DNA of 64,000 nt from Cyanidioschyzon merolae (taxonomy: Eukaryota). This document shows, one piece after another, positions 32,137-42,137 of the stretch; positions within the stretch are counted from its first letter, which is position 1; each line of letters begins with the position of its first letter. Under the pieces are notes generated by a model. It was given only the letters and a program-made list of their open reading frames with translations. It was not told the origin of the DNA and made no database searches. Where the stretch lies: the NCBI GenBank assembly GCA_000091205.1, contig AP006492.2; one strand, written 5' to 3'. The translations under genes and the position numbers were made by a program.

Positions 32137-35100
32137 ATGAATGGTCTCTGTGCTGCACTCATGAAGCCGCCCATGGTTTGGTTCGTGCCGCCTGCTGGAC
32201 GGCTTCGGAGAGCGCCCGGCTGGACTCGGGTCGCAGCAAGTGCAACGTCGCACCACCGAAGTGAGCAACTGCAAAGGTGGCGAAGACACCGGCACGACGC
32301 TCTAGGCTTGAAAGCGCTGCGTGCCTCTGCAGATGAAACAGCACCAATGCCTTGGGATGCAAGCAAAAGCGGTGTCATTCCGTACCAGAAACCGCCGAAG
32401 GAAATTCAAGCGTTGGTGGACGCTGACCTTGATCCCGTCTTAGCCCTGTCGCCAGGAGAAGAGATTCGCTACATATTGGAGCTTAAGCGACCTCCACGCT
32501 CTCCTATTCGGAACTTTGCCCTGGAGGAACTGCGACTGGCTGGCATCCGATTCTACCCGGCAACCTACACTCCTGCGCGTATGACGTTCTTCTGTGGAAT
32601 CGGTGTTCGCGAGCTGGACGCTCCCGACCGGACGGCATGGTCATTTACTGGACTTGCCTCCGGACAACTCGATATAGGCTACGTCAAGTGGTCACCAGAT
32701 GGGGCACAGGTCGCGTTCTGCACCTTTGATCGAGAGCGTGGCTTGGACCTCTGGTTGGCCGACATCGCCACGCGCTCCGCGCGTTGTCTGCTGCAGAGTG
32801 GTATCAGCCTCGCACGTGAACTTGGAATAGAGCGTCAACAGACAACAGATATCACGCAACCGGCCTTACCCGAGCGACTCCGACTGAACGGTATCGTTTC
32901 CGACCCATTTGCGTGGTGCGGAAACACCGGATACCTCCTGGTGAACCTCGCCGTCTACGACGAGGCACAGGACCAAACGGCGGATCCGCTGAAGACACAA
33001 CGTTGGCAGCAAGCGAAGCGTCCGACAGTTCCCCTCGGACCCACAGTTCAGGTCTATGAAGCGGGTCGAGCTGCACCTGCGCGAACCATTCCGGACCTTC
33101 TTCGCGACGAGTTCGACATGGAGATCTTCGAGCTGTACACCACGACTCAGCTGGCACTTTTGGACACACGTACCGGCCGAATGCACAGCATTGGTGGCGC
33201 TGGCGTCTTTCGATACGCGTCTCCTTCTCCAGATGGCAAATACCTGTTGGTGGAACGAATTGAACGGCCCTATAGTACGAGCGTACCAGCGTCGCGCTTT
33301 CCGCGGACAGTCGAGATCTACGACCTAGTGCACAGGGCTCTTACACGAACTGTTGCCCATATTCCGGCACAGGAGCACGTACCACTCGCGTTTGATGCGA
33401 CGGTAAGCGGTCCCAGAGCGTTTGGCTGGCGCCAAGACGATGTCCAACGTGCAACCCTGGTCTGGGTAGAGGCACAGGATCAGGGCGACCCAGAGCAACA
33501 AGTATCGGTTCGTGACGTCGTCTACTGCCTCCGGGCACCGTTTAGTGACACAGAGGAGCGACCGCGTCCCCTTATTGCCCTAGCAAAGCGCTTTGGTGGC
33601 ATCACATGGGGTGACAATACCACCGCGGTTGTCTCGGAGACGTGGTACAAGTCGCGCTCGATTCGCACATACCTCTTCGAGCCGGCTGCGTCATTGGGAG
33701 GCGAGTCAGCACCATCGATTAGCGAGCCGACGCAGCTGCAGTGCTTGTTCGATATACCCGACTGGGAAGATGCGTATCGCAACCCTGGCAATCTGGTTGT
33801 GAAGGCGACGCCCTCAGGCAAACTCGTCTTACATCTCGTGGGTCCCCGCCGGCGTCAAGTCCTGCTCACTGGCAGTGGGGCATCCGACCAGGGTAATAGG
33901 CCATTTCTCGACCTCCTGGACTTGGACACTCGAGCGCGATGGCGCTTGTGGCAGTCTGCACCACCGTACCTCGAGTACTTTCTGAAGGTTTTGGAGCCAC
34001 GGTCTTCGGAGCGGGTCCCGCGTCGCTTGCTGATCTCGCGAGAGAGCCCAACAGAGCCCTCGAACTGCTACATCATTGAGTGCATGGATCCTGTGCCGTT
34101 ACCGTCTGGCGTGTCTATGGATGCGTGGACGGCACACACGGACCAAGCACTCAGCTCGGATAACGGCCAGCAGGAGTCGCCAGTGGACCAAGCGCAAGGC
34201 AACGGAGACGTGGCCCATGATCATCACCATGCAGTGCGTAGACGCTGGCGGCAGCTGCGGCAAGTCACGTGGTTCCCACACCCGGCACCATCGCTTGCCT
34301 CGGTGCAGCGACAACTGGTACGCTACGAACGCAGCACCGACCAGGTACGATTGAGCGCATCGCTCTATCTCCCGCCAGGCTATGACAAAACCCGCGATGG
34401 GCCGTTGCCGTTCTTTGTGTGGGCGTACCCGCGTGAGTTTCTCTCAGCGGACTCTGCTGGACAGTTGCGGGACTCACCCTACGGTTTTACACACCTGGCG
34501 AGGGTACCACTGTATTGGTTGACCCAGGGATTCGGGATCCTGGAGGGTCCCAGCATGCCCATCATCGGCCCCAGCGGGGAGGATGCGAACGACACCTTTA
34601 TCGAGCAGTTGGTTGCTTCCGCCCGGGCCGCGGTAGCATTTCTGGTGTCGAACGGTTACGCTGATCCACAACGGATCGCTATCGGTGGTCACAGCTATGG
34701 GGCGTTTATGGCAGCGAACCTGTTATGTCATGCCCCGGATCTATTTCGTTGCGGGATCGCGCGCAGCGGTGCCTACAACCGCACACTGACCCCGTTTGGC
34801 TTCCAGAATGAGCAACGAACGCTCTGGCAAGCACGCGATGTTTACGTGCGCATGTCGCCGTACCTGTATGCAAACCAGATCCAAGCCCCGTTGCTCTTGA
34901 TTCACGGCGAGGATGACGATAATCCCGGAACGTATCCACTTCAAAGCGAGCGCTTTTTTCAAGCGCTGAAGGGTCAGGGCAAAATCGCTCGGCTGGTGTT
35001 GTTGCCGCTCGAATCGCATTCCTACCAAGCACGCGAGAGTGTTCTACACGTACTCGCTGAAATGGATGCCTGGTTGAAGCGTTGGTGTGCCCCAGCGGCA

Positions 35101-35250
35101 TCCTCGTACACGTCAATGTCGCCAGCGAGCATACCGACAGAGATGAATACCCACAATACTGCCGCTGCGGATGCCGGTCTGGGGCTTTCGCGCACACCAA
35201 CAGTGCCGACGCATCACGAAGGTGATACCCAAGGCCCCGGGACCTTGTGA
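32137..35250 (+). CDS. S9-family serine peptidase with an N-terminal beta-propeller, of the chloroplast 'glutamyl endopeptidase' (GEP/S9D) type; Arg-rich N-terminal presequence
   Basis: Catalytic nucleophile elbow 'IGGHSYGAFMAANLL' (GxSxG). Downstream 'LLIHGEDDDN' and 'LLPLESHSY' supply the Asp and His of the triad. The N-terminal half has TolB-like propeller repeats ('VKWSPDGAQVAF', 'SPSPDGKYLLV'). 'PPKEIQALVDADLDPVLALSPGEE' resembles the conserved start of plant chloroplast GEP. The first ~60 aa are Arg/Ser/Ala-rich. Confidence 0.8.
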   Translation: MNGLCAALMKPPMVWFVPPAGRLRRAPGWTRVAASATSHHRSEQLQRWRRHRHDALGLKALRASADETAPMPWDASKSGVIPYQKPPKEIQALVDADLDPVLALSPGEEIRYILELKRPPRSPIRNFALEELRLAGIRFYPATYTPARMTFFCGIGVRELDAPDRTAWSFTGLASGQLDIGYVKWSPDGAQVAFCTFDRERGLDLWLADIATRSARCLLQSGISLARELGIERQQTTDITQPALPERLRLNGIVSDPFAWCGNTGYLLVNLAVYDEAQDQTADPLKTQRWQQAKRPTVPLGPTVQVYEAGRAAPARTIPDLLRDEFDMEIFELYTTTQLALLDTRTGRMHSIGGAGVFRYASPSPDGKYLLVERIERPYSTSVPASRFPRTVEIYDLVHRALTRTVAHIPAQEHVPLAFDATVSGPRAFGWRQDDVQRATLVWVEAQDQGDPEQQVSVRDVVYCLRAPFSDTEERPRPLIALAKRFGGITWGDNTTAVVSETWYKSRSIRTYLFEPAASLGGESAPSISEPTQLQCLFDIPDWEDAYRNPGNLVVKATPSGKLVLHLVGPRRRQVLLTGSGASDQGNRPFLDLLDLDTRARWRLWQSAPPYLEYFLKVLEPRSSERVPRRLLISRESPTEPSNCYIIECMDPVPLPSGVSMDAWTAHTDQALSSDNGQQESPVDQAQGNGDVAHDHHHAVRRRWRQLRQVTWFPHPAPSLASVQRQLVRYERSTDQVRLSASLYLPPGYDKTRDGPLPFFVWAYPREFLSADSAGQLRDSPYGFTHLARVPLYWLTQGFGILEGPSMPIIGPSGEDANDTFIEQLVASARAAVAFLVSNGYADPQRIAIGGHSYGAFMAANLLCHAPDLFRCGIARSGAYNRTLTPFGFQNEQRTLWQARDVYVRMSPYLYANQIQAPLLLIHGEDDDNPGTYPLQSERFFQALKGQGKIARLVLLPLESHSYQARESVLHVLAEMDAWLKRWCAPAASSYTSMSPASIPTEMNTHNTAAADAGLGLSRTPTVPTHHEGDTQGPGTL

Positions 35251-35328
35251 CATGTTCCATACGGTTATTGTTGCCGGTGCAGGTTTTGCCGATGGACTGA
35301 ATGCCGATGTCGAGAAAGCGACACCTAA

Positions 35329-35462
35329 TACGTTTCCTATTTGTGCAACTGCTCTGTTGCGTTGCATTTTCCTGAGTTGATGCCAACCTTCTCTTCGATA
35401 AAACCTGAACTGGATGCGTTTCCTGTTCGTGCAACAGCATTGTTGGATTGCGTTCTTTTTCG
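35329..35462. repeat. Two ~45-bp direct repeats separated by ~45 bp, in the 3' flank of the S9 peptidase gene
   Basis: The two copies are cgtttcctatttgtgcaactgctctgttgcgttgcatttt and cgtttcctgttcgtgcaacagcattgttggattgcgttcttttt. The short overlapping track ORFs reflect the repeat as FPICATALLRCIF and FPVRATALLDCVLF. Confidence 0.8.
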
Positions 35463-37452
35463 TAGATGCGAATGCCCGGGTATCGGCGAACGAGCAACTC
35501 GCATACCTCTATTTCTTTTGTCATTCATGACATTGGATGAAGCGTTGGTAACTCGTCTCGACGCTCGTGCTGCAGAATTTGGAGCGATGCTCGCAGTGCT
35601 TTCCGTAATGAAGCGCTGCTCCAGCGGAAGTGCTCGTTCACTGCATACTGGCAACAATGGTAGTGCATGGTTCGGCAAATGCGTCGTGATCTGGACTCTA
35701 CCAGAATCATGAACCAAAACTAAGTTTCAATCTCTGGGCAAAGTTCGTGTTTAGGAACACTACACTGGACACCCGTCGCGTGCCTGGTACCTTCTCTCGA
35801 ATAGCAGCGAGCACGATCAACGCTCTAAGCAAGTGCCTATCCATGTGAGTGTATTCTTGTCGGTAATTTTCAGAGACTTGGATCTATCCGTGAGCAGGTA
35901 TTCCTTTCTACCAGCTTTCATGATACGCTTTCTACATTCGTGCTGGGCTGAAATGGAAAACTGAACTGCACTCTCTGATAAGAAAAGATTTTTCGAAATT
36001 TTTTTCAAGTGTCCAGCCTCGACATTTCGAGTGCCGCATCACGGGCGTCCGGATTCATAGGTAGGTTTAGGATTCTCCATCGTTTCTGGGCTGTGGCTCC
36101 TTCGACACGTTGCCGCTGGAATTCGGTATGTAACCGGAATCAAGAACATTCGCGACGTAACCAAACCAGAATTTGTAAAGTAACCGATATGATTATCCAA
36201 TACATGGGCACGAGCCTTCACTCTTCTCCTCTGCGTACCGTGGAATGACCTAATCACTCTTTCATCAATGTTTTCATGTTTAGCTCTCAAGAGAACGTGT
36301 GAGCACTGCACCTAGCACCACCGGATTGGTGATGGAAACGATTCGATGTCGTGCCTTGACGACTTGCTCGCAAGTTCATATCAAAAGTTCACTCTGAGCT
36401 TTTCGCGTCAAACCATCGGTCCCGTTTGAACGTCGAATCCCGCTTTCTCTATGGCCATCAGGAAACGAGATGCGACAGCAGCATAGAACCTCTCATGAAA
36501 GTGCTCCAAGAGGCACCCGTCTCTCATGTTTGCATGCTCAAGGGTCACGGGCTAGAGTTATTGCGGCAAACTCGTCGACGAAAGCGTGCGTCACCGTGTT
36601 CCACCATGCAAGCGTAGACAGATCCGACGTTCTCGACTTGTCCTCCAGTCTGGCCTCTGCTTCCTTTACGTGTTTCATAATGGGAAACATGGCGTTCCAC
36701 AAAACCTGTATCGAATGGAACAGCTTGCGTTTGCATGTGTACCAGATGAAATACTTGCAGAGGGATCGCCCTGAAGAAGCCGGTGATCCTAAGGTACGGT
36801 ATCGGGTATGGAAACGGAGAATGACGTCGATGGGAGCCTTCTGTGCCCGTCGAGGCCATATACGAGGCAATGAAGCAAGCGTCGTCGCGCACAGAGGGCG
36901 GCCCGAGGATGACGAAGCGTGGAGCACGTAAGAAAACAAGCGAACGCAGCCAAGTATCACAGCTGCGAAGGGCGCACAGACACCGTATACAACGAAGTTG
37001 ATCATGGTAAGCGACGCGTGAGCGCTACTTCTGACTGTCCGTGACACGCGTCGACATTAGCCGGCAACGACGACATCCGGAGTTGAAAGCTTCCACTAAT
37101 ATCCTTCGTCCGGTGATGGCAGAGCTGGAGGCGCAGCACAGGTCCGCATACTTAAATTCGGAGATCAGAGAGAGGAGACGAAGCTGTCACAGAAAAAGTA
37201 CGCAATGACTTGTCTTGACGACAGTGGAATTCATCTAAAAACTTGAGCAAGTGCCCGGGGTTGAACGTCCCTTTCCATGCTATTCTGACTCGGTCTCTCG
37301 AAAAATGTCGTGCACATATCGTCACCTGATCGCCAGAGTTCGCCTACCGCGGATATTCGCGCTTCTGTTGAACGTTGCTACAAAGCAAACTGTCCCCAAG
37401 CCTAATCTTCTGTGACGGAACTTGTCTCTATATCGAATTTCGCATGTGATAC

Positions 37453-38562
37453 ATGATAGACGATAAGCTTCAAACCGTCCTCGTGGACTTGGCGGCGCGG
37501 TTTCTGCTGAACCTGCCGGCTTCGGAGTTCGAGTCCTTCGAGCGACTCTTCTTCACCGTGGAGGAAGCGCACTGGTTTTACTTAGACTTTTATCGAGACC
37601 ACGACAAAAAGCTTCCGGCACTGTCTCTTCCAGAGTTCGCCTCTGAGCTATTTCAGCAGGTTGACTTTCTTCGACCGTACGTGCAGTACCTGGAGAAACA
37701 CTTTGCCGACTTTCAGGCGTACAAGCGCGAAGTACCAACTGCTGGGGTCATCGCACTTAACCAGCGAATAAGCAAGGTGTTGCTGGTACGTAGTTGGCAG
37801 CGGCAGCACTGGAGCTTTCCCAAAGGCAAAATCGCCAAGGATGAAACGCACCTCCAGTGTGCAATACGTGAGTTCACTGAGGAGACTGGCTTCGATGTAT
37901 CGCACTATGTGCTTGCGGATACCTACATCGACGCCCAGTTGCACGGTCGTCCTTGTCGGTTGTTTATCGCTGTCGGGGTGCCCGAGTCAGCCAAGTTTGA
38001 GCCTCTGGCGCGGAAGGAAGTATCAGAGGTCCGCTGGTTTCCGTTGCTAAAGCTCATACGCCATGTCCATGCCCGCAGTGAACAAGACCTTCAAGCAGAC
38101 TGGCCTGCACCAGCACGCTTTCACGCAGTACGCCCGTTTCTGGCTTGGATAAGAGAACAGTGCAAAAGGCTACGATGCACTTATGGCGTTAAACAAGGAG
38201 CAGGATCCAGTGATTTGGCTACAAGAGCCGCGTGCATACATCCTGGGTCAGTTAGGGACCCCGTGCCTGCACCGGTATCTCTTCCCGTACAGTCACGGAT
38301 ATCCGGTACTGAGCACGGTCACTCGGGGTATGCTGCAGATGCCCAAACGCATGTCAGGATATCGGGAGCATCTGCCCCCTTTTTTACCGCGATGACAACG
38401 ACAACCGTTGGTTCGAGCGATACGCGGTGGACAAGTTCAGCACCCGATACGGAGGTCGCTTGGGATCCACTGGAGCATTTTCAACTAGATCAGCAGCAGC
38501 TACTGGCAATCGTGGACGAAGCCTTTGGGACAGTTCCACGTATCACTGCAGACACACGCTGA
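37453..38562 (+). CDS. DCP2: mRNA-decapping enzyme subunit 2 (Dcp2): Box A domain plus Nudix hydrolase
   Basis: Box A: 'FERLFFTVEEAHWFYLDFYRDHDKKLPALSLPEFASELF' matches the Dcp2 block 'ERICFQIEEAHWFYEDF...LP.L.L..F...LF'. Nudix box: 'GKIAKDETHLQCAIREFTEETGFDVS' (GX5EX7REUXEEXGU). The C-terminal Ser/Thr-rich tail is low-complexity. Confidence 0.75.
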   Translation: MIDDKLQTVLVDLAARFLLNLPASEFESFERLFFTVEEAHWFYLDFYRDHDKKLPALSLPEFASELFQQVDFLRPYVQYLEKHFADFQAYKREVPTAGVIALNQRISKVLLVRSWQRQHWSFPKGKIAKDETHLQCAIREFTEETGFDVSHYVLADTYIDAQLHGRPCRLFIAVGVPESAKFEPLARKEVSEVRWFPLLKLIRHVHARSEQDLQADWPAPARFHAVRPFLAWIREQCKRLRCTYGVKQGAGSSDLATRAACIHPGSVRDPVPAPVSLPVQSRISGTEHGHSGYAADAQTHVRISGASAPFFTAMTTTTVGSSDTRWTSSAPDTEVAWDPLEHFQLDQQQLLAIVDEAFGTVPRITADTR

Positions 38563-40348
38563 TGCGCGCAGCGAATGACACTGGGTCCGCGCCTGCCAAA
38601 GCGACAATGGGACTGGCATCGAGACGCCAGACCTGCATGAATCGCTATGATGACGACATGGACGAGAAGTTTTTGCGACTGCAACAGCGACGGCAACGGC
38701 ACGGTGTGGCTCGCGACGCCCCCCTTCGTGTTGATACGGAGCGAAAGACAGAGCACAAGCTTGGCAGGGCTTTGGTTTCCAAAAAAAGAAGCACACCTTT
38801 CCGTTTGATGGGCACCGCTTTTCACCCCAGATCGACGCGAGCGTCAATGAATGTACCCCGTTTGCGGGACAGATAGGTTTGCGGGGGTCTTCTGGCGTTA
38901 GCGTCAGACGTTATTTAGCGACTTGAACTGATTTCCTGGTTGCGCTGTGAGCACACTGCATCCTTTGAGACTCACATTGTTCCGCAGAATCGTTTATCCA
39001 TTGTACCTGCAAAATCCTGCAGAACGAACTATTGGAGTTTGTTTGCGTCCGTGCGCGCACCGTACCGTTTCCGCCGGGGTGCTTGTTGTGGTGTCAAAAG
39101 ACGTGAAAAGCGAGTCCATCGAGCGTTGCCCGTATCGAGAATCACCTTTATGATCAGAGAGGCTCCATCATATACAAGGAACCCGAGTTCCTGATACGAA
39201 CCGCGGCTATGGCAAAATGCTTGATCGCTATGATCGGGATCGAGCAACGCAACGTTTCACTAATGGATCCTCACGTAGACATGGATCCAGCCTTCAAAGA
39301 GAAACCGATGTTCCGGGGTCATCTCAAGCGTCACGTGCAGCGCCTCTTTTTCGGATAATCATTCCGGAGTTCACGCCCTGGCCTGGTGTCCGACGCTATC
39401 CAGACAGCATCGATCGTCGGAGAACGGCATAAAGCGCTCAGCATCATCGGATACTTTCAAAGCACAGCTTGACTATGGACCAGAAGGCTCGTACGCGACA
39501 CCTGCACCTGCATTCAGGGTACACTATTGCCCTGTTCGATGGGCGTTGTGACAATCCGTATCCGTGGCATTCGAGTTGTCGATATAGCAGCGACGGCGAG
39601 AACGAGCATCACTAGCGAGTGGAATCATGATCCCTCAGTGCCGCGCCCGGCTCGCTTCTGGATCAAAGTGCTGCTACGTCGCAATGCGTTCAAGGACAGC
39701 TTCGCTACGCGTCTGGGTTCAGGGTCCAGAAACGTCACGAGACGAGCGCGACAGCATCCGGCACGCTCCAACGGAAAGGCGTTGTTCTGATCGTGCCAAC
39801 ATTCGTACCGCACGCGTGTCATGCGATACGGGACGACCTCGTACCCACCATCATGAGAAAAGGGAACGTTCACGCACCACACACAACTCCAGCTGGAGGT
39901 CCAGAGATGGACCCTGGCATGCGTATTCGTGCATGTTTTCTATCGAGAACACGATTGCAAGCGCTGGTCCAATACTTTCCCCAGATGCAGCGCCTCTGCA
40001 GGAGCCGAGCTCGAATGAGCATTCAAACCGGCTTTCTCTTTCGCTTATATGAAGATGCATACGTGCATATGTTGGCCGAAGAAGCCTAGCCCAGAAGCGT
40101 GCTGTGCATGAGAGCCTCATCATGCTCTATGATCGCTGACTCGCATCCCACGAAAGTGTTCCTTTCGTCGGTGAAGAACTCGCCGTCGCCGCATATGCTC
40201 TTCGTGTAAGCGAGATGGACGCTGCACCTTGTACGACAACCTCTGCTGTTGCTGGCGCAGTTGCAGGTGCCACAACCCCCGGCTATTCAAGCTTAACTCC
40301 TTCAACTTGCAAAGGTGCTCCTTCTATGAAACGACTGGTTTGGTGTCG

Positions 40349-41470
40349 ATGAGCGTAGTGTTCACGTCCACGAGACCGTCGAAGGGAGCAGCCGCACCCG
40401 TCATCGACTCCAGTCTGGGTCTGCGTGCACCGGTGCCGACGGTGGTACCCTTTCGCAAACTACCACGTGCAGCGCTCGCTGGAGGACTTGCTGGAGCTAT
40501 CGTCAACAGTGTGCTGCACCCCATCGATACAATCAAAAGCGTACGTCAGGCAGACACCTGGCGACGAAGCCAAAGTACCTGGTCGGTGTTCTGGCAGCTG
40601 GTTCGCGAGTCAGGACCGGGAGCGCTGTACCGCGGAGTTGTCCCGGCAGTTCTCGGTGCTGCCACCAGTTCCGCGGTGTATTTCGGAACCTACGAGAGTG
40701 TGCGGGCGTTGCTTGTCTGGTATGAACAGCAGCGACACTGCCGAGCCAAAACAGGCTCACAAGCAACGCACTCGGCGAGGGATGCGCACCTGGTTGCTCG
40801 CTCCTTGAGCAAGCGTGGTCTCATCCATATGATTGCTGCTGCCAGCGGCAACGTTGTCTCTTCGTTTATTTTCGTACCCAAGGAAGTGATCAAGCAGCGA
40901 CTCCAAACTGGGCGCGAGAGTACCGTCCGTGAGGTGTTCGCGCATCAGCACCTGCGGGGTCTCTACTGGGGCTACCGAGCAACCCTGCTAAGAAACGTTC
41001 CCAATGCCATGTTGAACTTTGTGCTCTATGAAGAGCTCAAGTTACGAATAGGTCAATTACGGACAGCGGTGCAGCAGTGCATGGGTGGCTCTCGAACCCA
41101 AACGACGCAAACAACGGAAGCGTTCCCCACACTGGATCTGTTGATGGCGGGCTCCTTGGCTGGGGCACTTTCGTCTACACTGACGACACCGTTTGATGTA
41201 CTCAAGACTCGTTTTGGAACAGCGTCTTCATCGGCTGTAGCGTCGCGAAGTCTGATGTCGTTAGCAGCTGAAATCCTTCGGCAAGAGGGCCTCGGCGGAC
41301 TGTTTCGGGGCGTCGGTACCCGAGCGGTCTGGGCTGGAATGTTCAGTGCGATCGGCTTTACAACTTACGAGCGGTGCAAAGACTTGCTCGTTTCGCATGC
41401 GAGCAGCTCGAAACGCAACGCGCACCTGCAGCTTTCAACAGGAAGACGACGACGACAACGGCAACAATAG
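40349..41470 (+). CDS. Mitochondrial carrier family (SLC25) protein; substrate unknown, possibly an S-adenosylmethionine-type carrier
   Basis: Three Mitochondrial-carrier repeats; clearest signature motifs are 'HPIDTIKS' (repeat 1, with LAGGLAGAIVNSVL just upstream) and 'PFDVLKTRF' (repeat 3), with a hydrophobic-helix periodicity. The start was set at the ATG at 40349 (the track ORF begins at 40229). The C-terminal 'RRRRQRQQ' tail is encoded by an imperfect (GAC/GCA)n repeat at ~41443-41514. Confidence 0.75.
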   Translation: MSVVFTSTRPSKGAAAPVIDSSLGLRAPVPTVVPFRKLPRAALAGGLAGAIVNSVLHPIDTIKSVRQADTWRRSQSTWSVFWQLVRESGPGALYRGVVPAVLGAATSSAVYFGTYESVRALLVWYEQQRHCRAKTGSQATHSARDAHLVARSLSKRGLIHMIAAASGNVVSSFIFVPKEVIKQRLQTGRESTVREVFAHQHLRGLYWGYRATLLRNVPNAMLNFVLYEELKLRIGQLRTAVQQCMGGSRTQTTQTTEAFPTLDLLMAGSLAGALSSTLTTPFDVLKTRFGTASSSAVASRSLMSLAAEILRQEGLGGLFRGVGTRAVWAGMFSAIGFTTYERCKDLLVSHASSSKRNAHLQLSTGRRRRQRQQ

Positions 41471-41537
41471 CGACGACTGCGGCAGCAGCATCAACATGGT
41501 CGTCAGCAGCAACGCTTACCTGCAGTTTGGTGACGAT

Positions 41538-42137
41538 TCACTCGAACATGCACGCTGAGGGAACGAAGGGCAACTCCTCAAGCACCCGTTTCGTAGACGC
41601 TATATCATGTTTGATTTGGGCAACCAACGCATCTATGGCGACAAACTTGCGCTCTGGTCGCAAATAGGCAAGCAGGACGAGGTGCATCTGAGCACCGTAA
41701 AAATCTTCGGAAAACTCATGTAGTAGATGGGCTTCAATGGAGAGCTCTCGGTTGTCGAAACTCGGTACATACCCGACGTTCACCGCGGCTCTATACCAGT
41801 CGGTGACGCTCTCACCAGGCCATGGTGCACCCTCTGGACGCAACACTGCAGCGTACCCCGCATAGACACCGGGCGTCAACGTTGCCAACACCTCTGCGAC
41901 TTGAGGAGCCCTGGTGTCCAGATTCGCGGTCGGGAACCCCAGTTTCCTTGCACCCCGTCCAAAGCCCCGTATAACAGGTCCCGCAAGGTGCCGTGGACGT
42001 GACAACAGGTTCCACTGGGGCGGTTCCTCTGTGAGCTGCAAAAGTGGCCGCTTTCGACTCGGACGGTAGCGGTTCACTTGACGTTCGGGAGCGCGTTCGT
42101 TTGCACCTGCTCTTGGCTGGGGTATACGGAGAAACAT
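41538..42137 (-). CDS. FMN1: Riboflavin kinase (flavokinase)
   Basis: 'GPVIRGFGRGARKLGFPTANLD' matches the riboflavin-kinase GxVxxGxxRGxxxLGxPTANL motif. 'YAGYA...VNVGYVPSFDN' and 'IEAHLLHEFSEDFYGAQMHLVLLAYLRPERKF' follow the family pattern. About 60 aa of N-terminal extension precede the domain. Confidence 0.8.
   Translation of the reverse strand: MFLRIPQPRAGANERAPERQVNRYRPSRKRPLLQLTEEPPQWNLLSRPRHLAGPVIRGFGRGARKLGFPTANLDTRAPQVAEVLATLTPGVYAGYAAVLRPEGAPWPGESVTDWYRAAVNVGYVPSFDNRELSIEAHLLHEFSEDFYGAQMHLVLLAYLRPERKFVAIDALVAQIKHDIASTKRVLEELPFVPSACMFE

Noticed and set aside
34706-35524. 272-aa ORF antisense to the 3' end of the S9 peptidase
   Set aside because: It overlaps a well-supported gene on the opposite strand, has Arg/Cys-rich composition typical of antisense GC-rich ORFs, and shows no motif.
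38427-38876. 149-aa ORF overlapping the 3' end of Dcp2 in another frame, as a possible frameshift extension
   Set aside because: It has Arg-rich low-complexity composition and no similarity to Dcp2 C-terminal regions. Dcp2 already ends with a typical disordered tail, so an overlapping-frame artefact is more likely.
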